A stretch of DNA of 64,000 nucleotides from the human T2T-CHM13v2.0 reference genome, Homo sapiens: assembly GCF_009914755.1 (NCBI RefSeq), contig NC_060927.1; one strand, given 5' to 3'. The notes below the pieces were generated by a model that searched no databases, was not told where the DNA came from, and saw only the letters and a list, made by a program, of their open reading frames with translations. Shown here one piece after another: positions 40,720 to 59,445 of the stretch. Each line of letters starts with the position of its first letter. Position 1 is the first letter of the stretch. Made by a program: the position numbers and the translations under genes.

Positions 40720-41114
40720 TCAACTATAAGCCTTACCATGGTAGTAGAAAATTAGCAAGTCCTATGCAGTTACAAACAATGACCAACCAATCAGGTGACA
40801 TATTCAAATACCATTACTTTCAGTAAAACTTTTAATGTTAATATTAATAATGTTAAGTAATAAAGGTATTAATATTGATAAAAAGTTTTAATCATTATAA
40901 AATAAATGTATGATTTACCTTAAAATTTAATATTTATCTCCCCTTTAAAATTTGTTTTGGGAAAAATGTTTTGTAAGGAATATATCTTACAGTAATACAC
41001 TTACATAACTTATTAATCTTTGCCATGCAATTTTGGAATTGCATGGCAAAAATACTTTTACTGATTAGGATGCAAAAAGTTTAGAAACTATTGCTTATCA
41101 AAAAGTTTAGAAAC
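40720..41114 (+). mobile_element. Charlie1-like hAT transposon 3' remnant
   Basis: TTTTACTGATTAGG...CAAAAAGTTTAGAAAC resembles the Charlie1 terminus (CAAAAAAGTTTGGAGACCACTG), assigned by eye. Confidence 0.5.
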
Positions 41115-41115
41115 C

Positions 41116-41888
<773 letters not shown>

Positions 41889-42343
41889 TGCCCAGGCTTG
41901 ATTAGGTAAACAAAGCAGCCAGGAAGCTCGAACTGGGTGGAGCCCACCACAGCTCAAGGAGGCCTGCCTGCCTCTGTAGGCTCCACCTCTGGGGGCAGGG
42001 CACAGACAAACAAAAAGACAGCAGTAACCTCTGCAGACTTAAATGTCCCTGTCTGACAGCTTTGAAGAGAGCAGTGGTTCTCCCAGCACGCAGCTGGAGA
42101 TCTGAGAACCGGCAGACTGCCTCCTCAAGTGGGTCCCTGACCCCTGACCCCCGAGCAGCCTAACTGGGAGGCACCCCCCAGCAGGGGCACACTGACACCT
42201 CACACAGCAGGGTATTCCAACAGACTTGCAGCTGAGGGTCCTGTCTGTTAGAAGGAAAACTAACAAACAGAAAGGACATCCACACCGAAAACCCATCTGT
42301 ACCTCACCATCATCAAAGACCAAAAGTAGATAAAACCACAAAG

Positions 42344-43360
42344 ATGGGGAAAAAATAGAACAGAAAAACTGGAAACTCTAAAACGCAGAGCGCCTCTCCT
42401 CCTTCAAAGGAACGCAGTTCCTCACCAGCAACAGAACAAAGCTGGATGGAGAATGACTTTGACGAGCTGAGAGAAGAAGGCTTCAGACGATCAAATTACT
42501 CTGAGCTACAGGAGGACATTCAAACCAAAGGCAAAGAAGTTGAAAACTTTGAAAAAAATTTAGAAGAATGTATAACTAGAATAACCAATACAGAGAAGTG
42601 CTTAAAGGAGCTGATGGAGCTGAAAACCAAGGCTCGAGAACTACGTGAAGAATGCAGAAGCCTCAGGAGCCGATGTGATCAACTGGAAGAAAGGGTATCA
42701 GCAATGGAAGATGAAATGAATGAAATGAAGTGAGAAGGGAAGTTTAGAGAAAAAAGAATAAAAAGAAATGAGCAAAGCCTCCAAGAAATATGGGACTATG
42801 TGAAAAGACCAAATCTATGTCTGATTGGTGTACCTGAAAGTGATGGGGAGAATGGAACCAAGTTGGAAAACACGCTGCAGGATATTATCCAGGAGAACTT
42901 CCCCAATCTAGCAAGGCAGGCCAACGTTCAGATTCAGGAAATACAGAGAACGCCACAAAGATACTCCTCAAGAAGAGCAACTCCAAGACACATAATTGTC
43001 AGATTCACCAAAGTTGAAATGAAGGAAAAAATGTTAAGGGCAGCCAGAGAGAAAGGTCGGGTTACCCTCAAAGGGAAGCCCATCAGACTAACAGCGGATC
43101 TCTCGGCAGAAACCCTACAAGCCAGAAGAGAGTGGGGGCCAATATTCAACATTCTTAAAGAAAAGAATTTTCAAACCAGAATTTCATATCCAGCCAAACT
43201 AAGCTTCATAAGTGAAGGAGAAATAAAATACTTTACAGACAAGCAAATGCTGACCGATTTTGTCACCACCAGGCCTGCCCTAAAAGAGCTCCTGAAGGAA
43301 GCACTAAACATGGAAAGGAACAACCGGTACCAGCCGCTGCAAAATCATGCCACAATGTAA
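42344..43360 (+). pseudogene. L1 ORF1p, disrupted
   Basis: ATG GGG AAA AAA TAG gives a stop at codon 5 (42356-42358). A second stop, TGA, is at 42731-42733. The remainder translates as ORF1p. Confidence 0.93.
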
Positions 43361-43396
43361 AGACCATCGAGACTAGGAAGAAACTGCATCAACTAA

Positions 43397-47250
<3,854 letters not shown>

Positions 47251-47610
47251 ACAATGAGATCACATGGACACAGGAAGGGGAATATCACACTCTGGGGACT
47301 GTGGTGGGGTGGGGGGAGGGGGGAGGGATAGCATTGGGAGATATACCTAATGCTAGATGACGAGTTAGTGGGTGCAGTGCACCAGCATGGCACATGTATA
47401 CATATGTAACTAACCTGCACAATGTGCACATGTACCCTAAAACTTAAAGTATAATAAAAAAAAACAAAAAAAAAAGAGTTTAGAAATAACTGCTATGAAT
47501 TCACTGTTGTGAATTAAAAGTATCCATTCTTTAAAGAGACTTTTAAAGGTCATCTAATGAAATCCTTCATGAAATTTTTTGATGACAGAAATCTTTCTTC
47601 AAAAAAAGCT

Positions 47611-47770
47611 CCTAACTACTTCTCAGATACTATACTCATTACCTAGGTGACAAAGTAACCTGTACACCAAACCCCCACAATGCACAATTTACCCACACAC
47701 TAAACCTGCACATGTACTCCCTGAACCTAAACCTAAAAGTTGGAAAGAAAACAATACAAAAACAAAACAA
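47611..47770 (+). mobile_element. Old L1PA (about PA15-16) 3'-end fragment
   Basis: CATTACCTAGGTGACAAA...AAACCTGCACATGTACTCCCTGAACCTAAA followed by an A-rich tail; both flanks contain AAAAAAGCT. Confidence 0.7.
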
Positions 47771-50029
47771 AAAAAGCTTCAATGCCTGAAACAAACAATA
47801 TACTTTGGTAGAGTCCCACCATCCACTGCTTTCCTGAAGGGTCCTGAAAAGCACTGTTTGCAAACCATGGGTACACTAGACCTCTCTCATTTTACTGATT
47901 AGGAAAGGAAATTACTTGGCCAAGAGTTATTTAATGATGGAACTGGGGCTCAACCTACATTCTCAAATCTCTTTTTGGCCAAAAATCTTTCCATCATATT
48001 ACATTATTCTATTTAAATGCTAGATTTGAAAGAGTTCTGGTGATGCTTCCTAATTTGTGTTTCCTTTACAGTTCTGAAATGTTGAGAGATATTTGCAAAT
48101 CTGAGGCTGGGGAGTATCTGAGAAGCTGGAGGGAAAAGTTAAATAACCTCTACCTATCACCCTGACCCCTAGCACTTCCAAGCAAAGCTGTTTATATAAG
48201 AACATTTTAAAATGAGTTCCCTGTGCATTTTGTTTCTGCTTCCTTGCCTGTTGGCTTTAGTTGAAAGAATCTGGATTGGAAGCCCAGCCAAACACTTTCA
48301 TCTGATCCAATCACAATCACATCGTCATCTGATAGAAACGTGGCATCACCCAAACCTCTAGTCTCTTGTTCACACATGTGGACTCTAATCAGCAACGGAA
48401 TAAGCTGTAGTGACTACAAGCAAATATCTCTGAACTTCACTGAGTTTGATGACAGTGGTAATAAAAATAGTCTTTTCCATGACGAACACTACCAGTAAGT
48501 CAACAGTTCAAGAGCGATAGTTTTAAGAGTAACTGATGCATTAGCTCTTGTCAATGAGATTCCTTTTGGCAGTAATATATTCTGCGGATTAAGTTAAACC
48601 AAATGTTTGTAACAATGGAAATTTATTCATGTTAACAGTTAGGATTATCATCCCAGTGAATATTTACTATAGTTACAGTCAAATTTACTCTTTTGGACAT
48701 TGCTTATTTTCATTTCTTTGTTATAAACTCCACTAAAAGCAATAGAAAGCATCCTTTAACATTTTTAAAGTGCTGCAATTTATTTTCTTTTAAACTGGTT
48801 TTTTTCTTTTTTTTTTTTTTTTTTTTTTTTTTAGGGGCTACTCTCCCTTTGCCCATACAGTGATGGCAGTGAGCAATAAAAGTTCTGGTTGAGAAAGTTC
48901 TGTAAGTTATTTGGCCACATTTGAGCTCACCATGGCTGGATACTACATGGCATTTGTCCTTTGATTTCAATCTGTTTCCTGCCACTTGGTTACTTTGTGG
49001 TCACGTGGGTGAAAAAGAGGGCCAGTGTTGACTTTATAGCTTGAGAGCTTATCTCTCTGTTTCCTGTACCTAGAGAGAGATGGTGCAGGTACAGAAAAGT
49101 CCATACATACATAACCTTCCATGAAACAAGCCTTCTGCTAGCTTCTGCAGTCACTCTGGCAATTTGTGGTTGCAGAATTCAGCAAGACTAAGAACTAGTG
49201 CTGTGTATCACAAGCGCACTTTGTTCTTTAGAGAACTTTGCTCTGAAATTGTTCTAACTCTATATTTTTGTCAGTTGGTATTTTTGTCAGCTTTTTTATC
49301 TCAGGCTGTAAGTGACACTTTATCATGTTTTCAGTCTGTAGAATGAAAGAAAGAGAATGATAGATAATTTGCACTTTGGGTTGCTTTGCTGTTTGTTTGT
49401 TTGTTTGTTTCATCACTCTTGGCTATATAGACACAAGAGTGACAAGTATTCCCCCACAATGAAGAGTGGAGAGGAGCTTCATGAGTGGCTTCAGAGCACC
49501 TATGACTCAGATGCCTTGAGAGGGTCCCCACAGAGCCTTGCATGTAGGTGAGATGGTTCCTCACTCTTCCCGGCTACCACACCACAGCAAGCTCAGAGAA
49601 AACCAAGAGGGATGGTTGTAACAATGGAAATTTGCTCATGTTAACAGTTGGGATTTTCATCCCAGTTAATATTGACTGTAGTTACATTCAAATTTACTCT
49701 TGTGGACACTGTTTGACCAGTGGAGGAGGAAACTCATTTATTCCCAAGTCACTCCCAAGCCATCAAACAAACACCAGCTGCAGAAGAGAGCAGTTGCCCA
49801 GTGGCCCCACACCTTCCAGCTAACTGTTCCTTAAGCATGAACTGATTGCCCATCTTCCTATTACTTGGTGGCTGTTAACCATAGTTGCATCTATAATTAC
49901 CTGCAAAGCTCTTTAGAACACTGATACTAAGGTTCCAATCCAAACCAACTAAATCAGAATCTTTGGGGAAGAGTCATGAACATTCCTATGTGTTAGTAGC
50001 TCCCCAGGTGATTTCCACTTACCAAAGTA

Positions 50030-51740
50030 CCTTCTCTGTACTAAGTCTTTGACCTCATAGAGATCTTTGACCCATTGGCCCTGTTGCTTTTTCACTAATC
50101 ATCACATCATCACTCTCATTTCCTCATATCCAGATTCCCATGGTCCATAATTATAATCATTTCCATGATTATAGAAATTTCTCCATTTCTCCCCATTATT
50201 ATACTTTCCTGGTAAAGTCCCCTAACAGGGTTAAACTCATTGCCACAGCTACTCTATACCTGGACCAAATCTCCTGAACATTCCCATGGAAAAACACATG
50301 ACCAACCATGTTAACCACTTAATTTTAGATCCATGTTTTAGAAAATCCATGGTTTAGAAACCATGTTCAAAGGAACCTGAAATTTTGTCCTTATGTTAAA
50401 AAGTCTTTACAGGTTCCATGTATGAAATAATAACAAATCTCAATTGGACACATAGCACAGCTCAAAAATCCTATTATGCTTTCAGGTTTTAAATTTCCCA
50501 TACTACAGCTTCTATTCTCGCTCTCAAATCTCCTATATTCCCTTTCTCTCCCCACCACTCTTGGCTGATGATCTGGCCTCATCATTGACTGGGAAAAATA
50601 CAGAAATCAGAGGAGATTCCTTATACCTCCAAACCTGCAAAACCACCCACATCTGTATTCACACTTTTTGCCCTCCCTCCATTTGCTATTCATTAAGCAT
50701 CCCTGTTCCTATGAAAGGCCAGCCCTCCTCTTTGATCTGGATCTCTCCTTCTCTTATCTGTTGGGGACTTCATTCCTCCCTTCATAAGCATACGTTGCTA
50801 ATTTCTTCCCAGAACTTACAAATAAGCATGTTTTAGTATCTTCCATCTTAAAACAAAACAAACCTTTCACAATTCTACATCCATCTTAGCTATCATACCA
50901 TGTCCTTGCTTCTCTTCACTTTAAAACTTCTTTAAAAAGGCTTGTCTTTAGTCACTCGCCCCACTTCCTCGATACTCTAGTAAAAACACTATTATCAAGG
51001 TCAGCCTTAGCTTGCAACCATCTTTTCTTTGATATCTAAAAGGAATCTCAAGCTTAACATGTCCACAAACAATCTCTTTTTTCTAGCACTGCAAAACAAT
51101 GTGGGCCTTCCTCAGTCTTCCTATTTCACTCAATGGCAGCCTTATCCACTGAGTTAAGCCTTTTTCTTCTTTATCTCATGCCCGATGTATAATCCGTCAA
51201 AGTGTTTTGTTGGCCATTCTTCCAAAATATATCATGAATCCAGTCACCTCTCTCCATTTCTTACCACTCCAATACAATCACCATGATTCCTCACTTGGAC
51301 AGTCTCCTCTCTTCCACACCTGTCTCATGGCATCCATTTTCTGTACAGCGGCGTGGGTAGTCTTTTAAAAGCCTAGATGAGATCAGTTCATGTCCAATAG
51401 CTTCCTATTATTCTTAGAATATATTTAAACTTTTTCCTGGGTCTGCATGACCTGACTCTTGCCTACTCCTCCAACCTCATCTCAGATCACTCCTACCACC
51501 CACTCCCAGTTTGCCCCAGCATAGAGGGCCCCTGGATGGTCCAAAATCACTCCGTACTCAGACAAAACTCAAACCCTTTAGCTCAGCTTGTTCTACCTAA
51601 AATTCTTGCACCCCAGACCTTCTTTTGGCCAGCTCCTTCTTATCTCAGCTCAACAGTCACTTCCTCTCCCTGACCACTCACTCTAAAGTAGCCACCACCT
51701 AACACATCACTTTTTATTACATTATTTAGTTTTCTTCATG
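50030..51740 (-). mobile_element. L2 remnants
   Basis: Pyrimidine-rich L2 motifs, for example GATGATCTGGCCTCATCATTGACTGGGAAAA, ATCTCAAGCTTAACATGTCC and TCTTCCAAAATATATC..GAATCCAG. Confidence 0.65.
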
Positions 51741-51812
51741 GCAAAAAAAAAAAAAAAGAAGAAGAAGAAGTGATTTTAGTTTCCATTCCAAAAGTAGGTA
51801 AAGCTACTTTTA

Positions 51813-52290
<478 letters not shown>

Positions 52291-53549
52291 ACCCGACCTT
52301 TAAGAGCACTTCCTGAATTGCGCAGGTAAGTATTACTGACTTTCTCAAATGGCCTTTGGAGAGGTTTGAGATTTAGTGAGAATAATCACAATTTTAGTTG
52401 TAGCTCTGACTATTCAGGTCCTTTGACTAGGTCACATGGCCCAAAGAATTTTGGATCATATATTCTATGTTTCTCTGTCTCCACAAGAAGCACCAGCTCA
52501 GGGGACTCCTTTTTGTGACAGTGTTTAACCTACCAGTGTCTATGATTTGGAGCAAGCTTAATGATAATCTAAAGGATGATCTGGTCCTTACTTCTTATAG
52601 TGTAAAAGTCCTCACATGGTTAATTTAAGAAATGACTCTTTTATACATTAAATTTCCTTTTAATAAAAGGATATAACTAATTTTGTCTCCTTCTAAGTGA
52701 TAGCACCACTTCTGCTTCAGAAGCTAATTAGGAGATGCCCAGTTTGAGTTCTTTGATACCATTGATGAATGAGAAATGTACATGGGTAATTTTTCTTTAC
52801 TGCTAATAGAAGTTAAACAGCACATGTCCTGTGGAATAAAATTCTCTTCCCTGCAATAATAATAGCTGTTTTGTTTTGACTTCAGAAATTCTGAAATCTG
52901 TGTGTAGCCAACAGTAATTACTGCTCATTACAATAATCACCATCGACTTGATCAGTCCCCTGGAACACAAGTCAGGACCTAAGGAAATGGATTTTTACCT
53001 AGGGTGATGAAGAATTTTACCTGAGGCCCAGGGCAGCCTCTCTGGGAGCCAAATTTGGTGACTGATACTAGAAGCTGTTAATATGTTGAATTCCTAAGTC
53101 AGAATTTTTGTTTTAAGTGTTTTCTGAGTGAAACCATATTCAAAGGAACCTGAAATTTTGACCTCATGTTAAAAATTCTTTACAGGTTCCATGTATGAAA
53201 TAATAAAAAGAGCAAGTGTGAATAAGTGAGAAGTTTGTCAAGCAAGGAAAGTAATAGCAGCAACCATATTACAGAGATGTGGAGACCAACCTCTACTTCT
53301 TGGTTTAGGGGTTCCCTTCAAAATAACATGTATGGCTAGGAGAGGGGTAGGTGTTGGAGTGAAAGCAAGCATTGGGGGTGGCGTACAGAATGAAATCATA
53401 AAGTCTCAGGATTGACATGGATCTGAGGCTTAAATCCCCTTTCCAGTATTAGAGTGAACCTTTACTATGTGCCAAACATTAGGTATATTTAGAGTTCAGA
53501 AGCAAAGGAGTTGGCTCTGTCTTTAAGGAGTTCATAGTTTTGACCAGAC

Positions 53550-54700
53550 TATCGGTTCAGATGCATTCTTTCAGGAAGGCATTCAGCTACATTCAAATAA
53601 AAAACAAAAACGCATTTACAGAGGCTTAACTAAATAGAGTAATTTTCCTCCCAAATGTTAGGTCCAGAGGTGGGCAACTCAGAGCCATTCAGGCTCTGGC
53701 TCCAAATATCTTTGTGCTCCACCATCATTAATATATGACTTCCTTCCACAAGCTAGTCACTCATGGGTGCCAGGTAGCAGCTCTACTCCAGCTGCATGCC
53801 TCCTGCCAGGAAAGAAAGGAGAGAAAGAACAAAGAGGAGGGTAAGAAAGCTGCCTGAATCAGGAAAATAAAATCTTTCCCAGAAATCTCTAGCAGACATT
53901 GATTTCTGTCTCCTGGCCAGAATTGTGTAGTAAGGCCACTCTATCTGCAAAGAATTTTGGGAAGGTAAGTACTTAAGCTAGGCATATTGCCACTCCAAGC
54001 AAAAATAGAGACTCTTGTAAGAAAAAAAAAATGGGAGAATGGGGATTGGTTAACAAGCAGCATCTGCCATAGACCAACAAGAACACTGACAATGAAACCA
54101 TGGTATAATTTGTACATAATACAAATTTCATGCAGAAAAGCACAGAACTCTCTATCTTCAGGTTAGGGGGAGGTGTCATGGAGGGTTTCACTGAGGAGGG
54201 TAACATTTGGCTGAGTCTCAAAGAATGAATTAAATTGTCAAAGTACAAAAGAAAAATAGTTGTTCATCAAAATATTTTTATTTGCCACTGGCAGAAATGT
54301 AGCTTGAACCCAAAAGTACCAAGGTAAGGTTTCAAGCATTGCTGGCTCCAGTCACCCAATTGATGTCACCAAGACCCAATCTCTCTCTCTCTTTCTCTCC
54401 ATCCTTTGATTCTATAATAGCCAGCAAGCAGCTCCAGATTTACATTACACCCTATCAGCAGCTTTAGCAGTTCCAATAAAGCTCTGAGTATGCATCTCAC
54501 TGGAACAACTTGGGATATGTGTCCATCACTCTGACCTATCTCCTTGGACAGGAAAATGAGATATGTTGATTGGACAAGGCTGGGCTCCATGTCCACCTCT
54601 GGAATATTATTCAAAACACTTGAACTAAAAGCAAGAAAGAAGGTTCTCCAAAGGAAAACTGTGAGTAAGTAAAGTAGGCAAAAAGTACAAATGTCTCTTA
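53550..54700 (-). mobile_element. Old MLT1J/K-type LTR relics (about 53550-54070 and 54280-54700)
   Basis: Degenerate MLT1 motifs: GGCCAGAATTGTG, CTGCAAAG..TTTTGGGAAGGTAAGT, GATTGGACAAGGCTGGG. Confidence 0.5.
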
Positions 54701-55039
54701 CAGAGAACAATTATTTTAGTGATGTTTAGAAGGTGTAATGCACAAGATACAGTTGAACAATTGGCTGATTTTGGTGAGGGGAGGGAAGATTCTGAAATGA
54801 CACTGGAATTCAGGCTTAGGTACTTAAGTATGATGTTGTCATGAAACAAGCTGATGACTACACAAACAGAACCAGTCAAGGATGGGCAGGTGAAGAGGTT
54901 GGAGGCAATAATAATAACGATAAATAATACTAACTATACTCCCTGGCAAACCAAGGGAAAGGAACAGCAGGAAGCAGTTTCCAGTGCTTAAAACAAACCA
55001 CTGGACTAGAAATATTGATTTTTAAAAATCTTCAGGCCT

Positions 55040-55343
55040 GGCCAGGTGCGGTGGCTCACACCTGTAATCCCAGCACTTTTGGAGGCCAAGGCAGGAGGAT
55101 CACCTGAGGTCAGGAGCCTGGTCAACATGGTGAAACCCCCATCTCTACTAAAAAATGCAAAAATTAGCCAGGCATGGTGGCAGGCACCTGTAATCTCAGC
55201 TACTCAGGAGACTGAGGCAGGAGAATTGCTTGAACCCAGGAGGTGGAGGTTGCAGTTAGCTGAAATCGTGCCATTGCACTCCAGCCTGGGTGATAAGAGC
55301 AAAACTCCGTTAAAAAAAAAAAAAAAAACGCACAAACAAACAA
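55040..55343 (+). mobile_element. AluS with a deletion of about 11 nt across the B box
   Basis: GGTCAGGAG|CCTGGTCAAC lacks TTCGAGACCAG; both flanks contain CTTCAGG. Confidence 0.92.
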
Positions 55344-57268
55344 ACTTCAGGTCCATCTTTGTTTACATGGGCATTTAAAAATGTATTTATTTTAATGTGC
55401 AAAGCACTCTGATTTTAAAAATTTCCCAAATACATCCTATCTCATCTGTCATCTATTATACTTTCAGTTCTCCTTTCTTTTTTCTCTTAGGTAACTAATG
55501 TCTTAAAACATCAAAACGAGGGGTTAAATTAGCAACAGTTTGAGATGAACGGTGATTGGAACCTGCAGCCATAATGAAAAATAGCATCTAAATGTTTGAA
55601 GCTACATGAAGCCAATAAGCTGTCTCTAAATCCAGTTTAATTAATGTGCAGCCTTTGTCTACTCCAAAGTGTCTGAATAAATCCTCAAAACCAAATTCGT
55701 ATTTTAAAATACGAGTTGCCCAATATGATGTGAGTTAGCATACAAGCAGATTAAGATGGTGTTTCCATTTTGAATGAATATAATTCAAGATTTACAAATC
55801 TTAAACTAGATTTTTCTTACACAAATTTGGTCTTTCTTTTAGCTATAACAGAGAATTAGTGACCTGGTTTCAAAAGAAAAAGGACAATTTTTAAAAATAC
55901 TTCCTAAATCTCATTAGTTGTATTAATCTCTTAAACTGAAAAAGACTATTTTGAAGCTATCTCTGGAATTAGCACTTCTACAATACTGCCATAACATATT
56001 GATATGAATATTACTCAAAATCGATAAGAAATTCCATTTCTATGCATGTTATGAATAACACAGATTATTCTGAAAGAAGAATAACATACGTAATATTATT
56101 ACATATGTTACAGATACTGTTAGGTGTCTAGCCTACAACCATTTCTCCCTTTTCTCCTTTCTTACAGAACCTTGGCTGAGTACAAGTATATGCTGTCCTT
56201 CCGAGGCCTTCTGCAGCAGGGAAGATTGGCCCTGCCCCAATTTCAGAGGATGAATCCTGATTGGTCTAAGATCACCACACTAGTCCTGTTGCCTTCACAG
56301 TGACTAGTGAAGCATGTGCTTGTGTGATTTTAGAAGTCAGCTGGGAAGCAACTGGGAAGAATTTCCTTACTCAAAAAGAAGCACAAGAGAGAGGCCATCT
56401 AGTATTTCTTAGAGGTTATCTTATCTGCATGTAGCCTGCAATTGCTATAACTACCTTGCCACCTTGAAGTAAGCTAGCCTGAAGATAGCCAATATACTGG
56501 ATAAAACTTTTGTTTAAAGATTTATCTGCTTAATATTATCTCTTCTGAAAGGTAGCTGTACTCCATAAATCAGATTGTGAATCAGCTTCTTGTTTGATAA
56601 GCGAAGATATCAAACATCAAATTGGTTGTTGCAAATCAAATGTTCACATCAATATGTTTTTTGTTCCACATCTAATCAGGAGTGGTGGTAATCTGTCTAG
56701 AATAATTTCCAAAGCTGTGTTTAGGTGTGGATTTATTTAATGCATTTGAGAGCACAAAACTTCTCAGGGTAGATATGTAGAACTAATAACATAATTGGAA
56801 ACTTATTAAGGAGTGACGTTTTATTTAGATATTCTTTAGTCTACAGAAAATGAGTGAATAGAACCACATATTACTAATTTAAAACAATTATCCAGCTAAT
56901 TTGCTTTTTTGAATAGTGTGAGTTTAAGTTTTGATATTTATTAGTGTAATATCCCTATGGAACCATTTAATCATAGAAGACTAATCTTTCCCTACAACAT
57001 TCTCTCCTAAATAAGACTTTCCTGAGAAACAAACTAGAATATTTTTATTCTTGAACCGAGGACTCACTTATCTTATCTAGGCTGACTTACTGGATAAGGC
57101 CATAGCATCAGTCTATGTGAATCACCCAATTTTCATATTATCCAAAGATACATTCTTTTCAACAGTGCAGCCTCTTCAGCAATCAGTTCCAAAATATGTA
57201 GGTCAAAGGGGGAACTGAGTGAGAGGATGCAATGGCTTAATTCCATGTGTAATCACTCACAGAAAAGT

Positions 57269-57295
<27 letters not shown>
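57269..57295 (+). repeat. (CA)n microsatellite
   Basis: Read directly from the sequence. Confidence 0.95.
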
Positions 57296-57300
<5 letters not shown>

Positions 57301-57531
57301 AAAATGTCCTCTGACAGTTACTGGCATCATGTTTAGATATGAGATGGTGTGCTTAGAACACGGCTTCAGAAATCAATACATCAACAATTAGCTGGGCATG
57401 GGTCATTGTACCTTAAAAAGAATAACAATGGGGTGGCATTGCCCGAGAAGACCAACTGTCTGGTTACCTGACAGGTGGGCATTACCTTCATGACATCACA
57501 GAAGTGAAAGGAATGATCCCTGGCTCTATAA

Positions 57532-57818
57532 TTTTTTTTCTGGAGACAGAGTCTCACTTTGTCACCCAGGCTGGAGTGCAGTGGCATAAACATGACTCAC
57601 TGCAGACTTGACCTCCTGGACTCAAGTGATCCTCCCACCTCAGCCCCCCAAGTAGCTGGGACTACAGGTATGAGCCACCATGCCTGGCTAATTTTTGTAT
57701 TTTTTGTAGAGACAGGGTTTCACGTGGCTGGCCTGGAACTCCTGGGCTCAAGCAAGCCCCTTCCACCCACTAGTTTTCCAACGTGCTGGGATTACAAGCA
57801 TGAGCCACTATGCCAGCC
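57532..57818 (-). mobile_element. AluJ
   Basis: Diverged antisense Alu dimer with J-type CTCAAGTGATCCTCCCACCTCAGCC. Confidence 0.9.
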
Positions 57819-57977
57819 TAGATTTAAAAATTTGATCTCCACAGTGCATCAGAGTTATCAAGAAGACTACTTCATGATAAACACACAGGGGACTGATATG
57901 TAAATTAGAATGCCATTTATTCATTTAAATAGGAAATATGACTGTGACAAAAGAATGATCATTTTGGCATGTCCCGT

Positions 57978-58309
57978 GGTCTTAGTTCATTTCTGCTGCT
58001 GCAACAAAATACCTTAGACTGGGTAGTTTACAAACAGCAGAAATTTATTGGTCATAGCTCTGGAGGCTAGGCAGACCAAGATCAAGGCACCAGCAGATTC
58101 AGCGTCTGCTTTATAGATGGAGCCTCCTTGCTATGTCCTCACATGGCAGAAGAGGGCACACAGGCTCCCTCAAGCCTCTTTTATAAGGGCACTAATCCCA
58201 TTCATAATCCCCTCCCACAGGCCCCAACTCTTTATAACATCACCTTGGGGAGTTAGGTTTCAATATATGAATTTCAGGGGAAGGGGACAGAAACACTCAA
58301 ACCACAGCA
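57978..58309 (-). mobile_element. MaLR solo LTR (MLT1A-like)
   Basis: GTCTTAGTTCATTT..GCTGC..AACAAAATACC..AGACTGGGT...AAACCACAGCA; 5-bp TSD-like CCCGT/CCTGT. Confidence 0.82.
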
Positions 58310-59029
58310 CCTGTACGTGCCTTGTAGGTAGTTAATATTTAAATCAAATTATAACCAGAAGATTGCTTGGTGAGCAGTAAGAAATTTGAATGAATGGATT
58401 TATTTTATATGATTCAAATCTTTGATGGCCCTGGATTTTGATAGCCTAATTCAGTCATTTTCAAAATCTATTATTATTTTATCAACAATAGGACATATTT
58501 TTAGGATAAAGTCTTACAAAGAACACATATACAGGTATATAGATATAAACATATAGATACCTCGGCCTTCTCTCTCTCTGTTCTGATTGAACTAAGGTAG
58601 CCTATTCAGATCCCCACATGCTCAGCAACCCCATATACTGGAGGGAACCAGCAGAGGATGGGGAGAGGAATTCCAGTAATGAGGGAACATATGCAGAGAT
58701 ACAGAAGCATGACAGATGGTGGCACATTCTGGAAACTACAAGTGGTTGGATAAGAATGGAATATAGTATTTGTGAGGGGATGGAGAGAGAGGAGGCGGTA
58801 AGAGGTCAGGCTGAAGAAGCAAGCAAGAAAAAAACGATGAAGGAAAGACTTTGTAGACTTTGCTAAATTATTTAGATCTTATATAGAAAGCTATGGAAAG
58901 CCTTAAAAGTATGTTCAGGGGGCCATAGCATGATCAAATTTCAGTTTTGGAAATATCACTATGGCTGAAAAATAGAAAATTAGGTTATCAGGAAGGGTAC
59001 AATATATGCAAGGAATATCGAAGGCCTGA

Positions 59030-59445
59030 ATCCCATGTTCCTATTGCCCCACCCTTACCGCTTTACCCCTAGGACTTCACTGCCATAACCAGTCTTCCAG
59101 ATGCCAGCACCTGCATTGCATCACCTGAGAGCTATCTCCTACTGCTGGAGCCCACTTTGTTGGCTGTGGCAGGCTTGAAGTGTCAGAGAATGAATGTCCC
59201 AGCAACATCTTCTATATCAGTGACAAAGAGACTGGTGTATAACTCTGGAGCATGTGTTAGTCCCAGTTGGGATTAAACTCCAGTGGCCCACGGTGGTAGC
59301 CATCTTGACAACAGAACTTTTGGCTATTTGCCCTTCCTTGTCTCACTTCCCCACTCTTCTATCCTTGTGGTTCTCACCTCCCAAATAAATTATTTGCACT
59401 CAAACCTTTATCTCAGAATCTGCTTTTAGAGAAATACAAAGACAA
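59030..59445 (+). mobile_element. LTR16-type ERVL LTR within L2 remnants
   Basis: Terminal CACCTCCCAAATAAATTATTTGCACTCAAACCTTTATCTCAGAATCTGCTTT, typical of LTR16. Confidence 0.65.

Noticed and set aside
55460-55496. Strong polypyrimidine tract with AG|GTAACT on the plus strand
   Set aside because: No plus-strand transcript or partner exon can be supported from the sequence.
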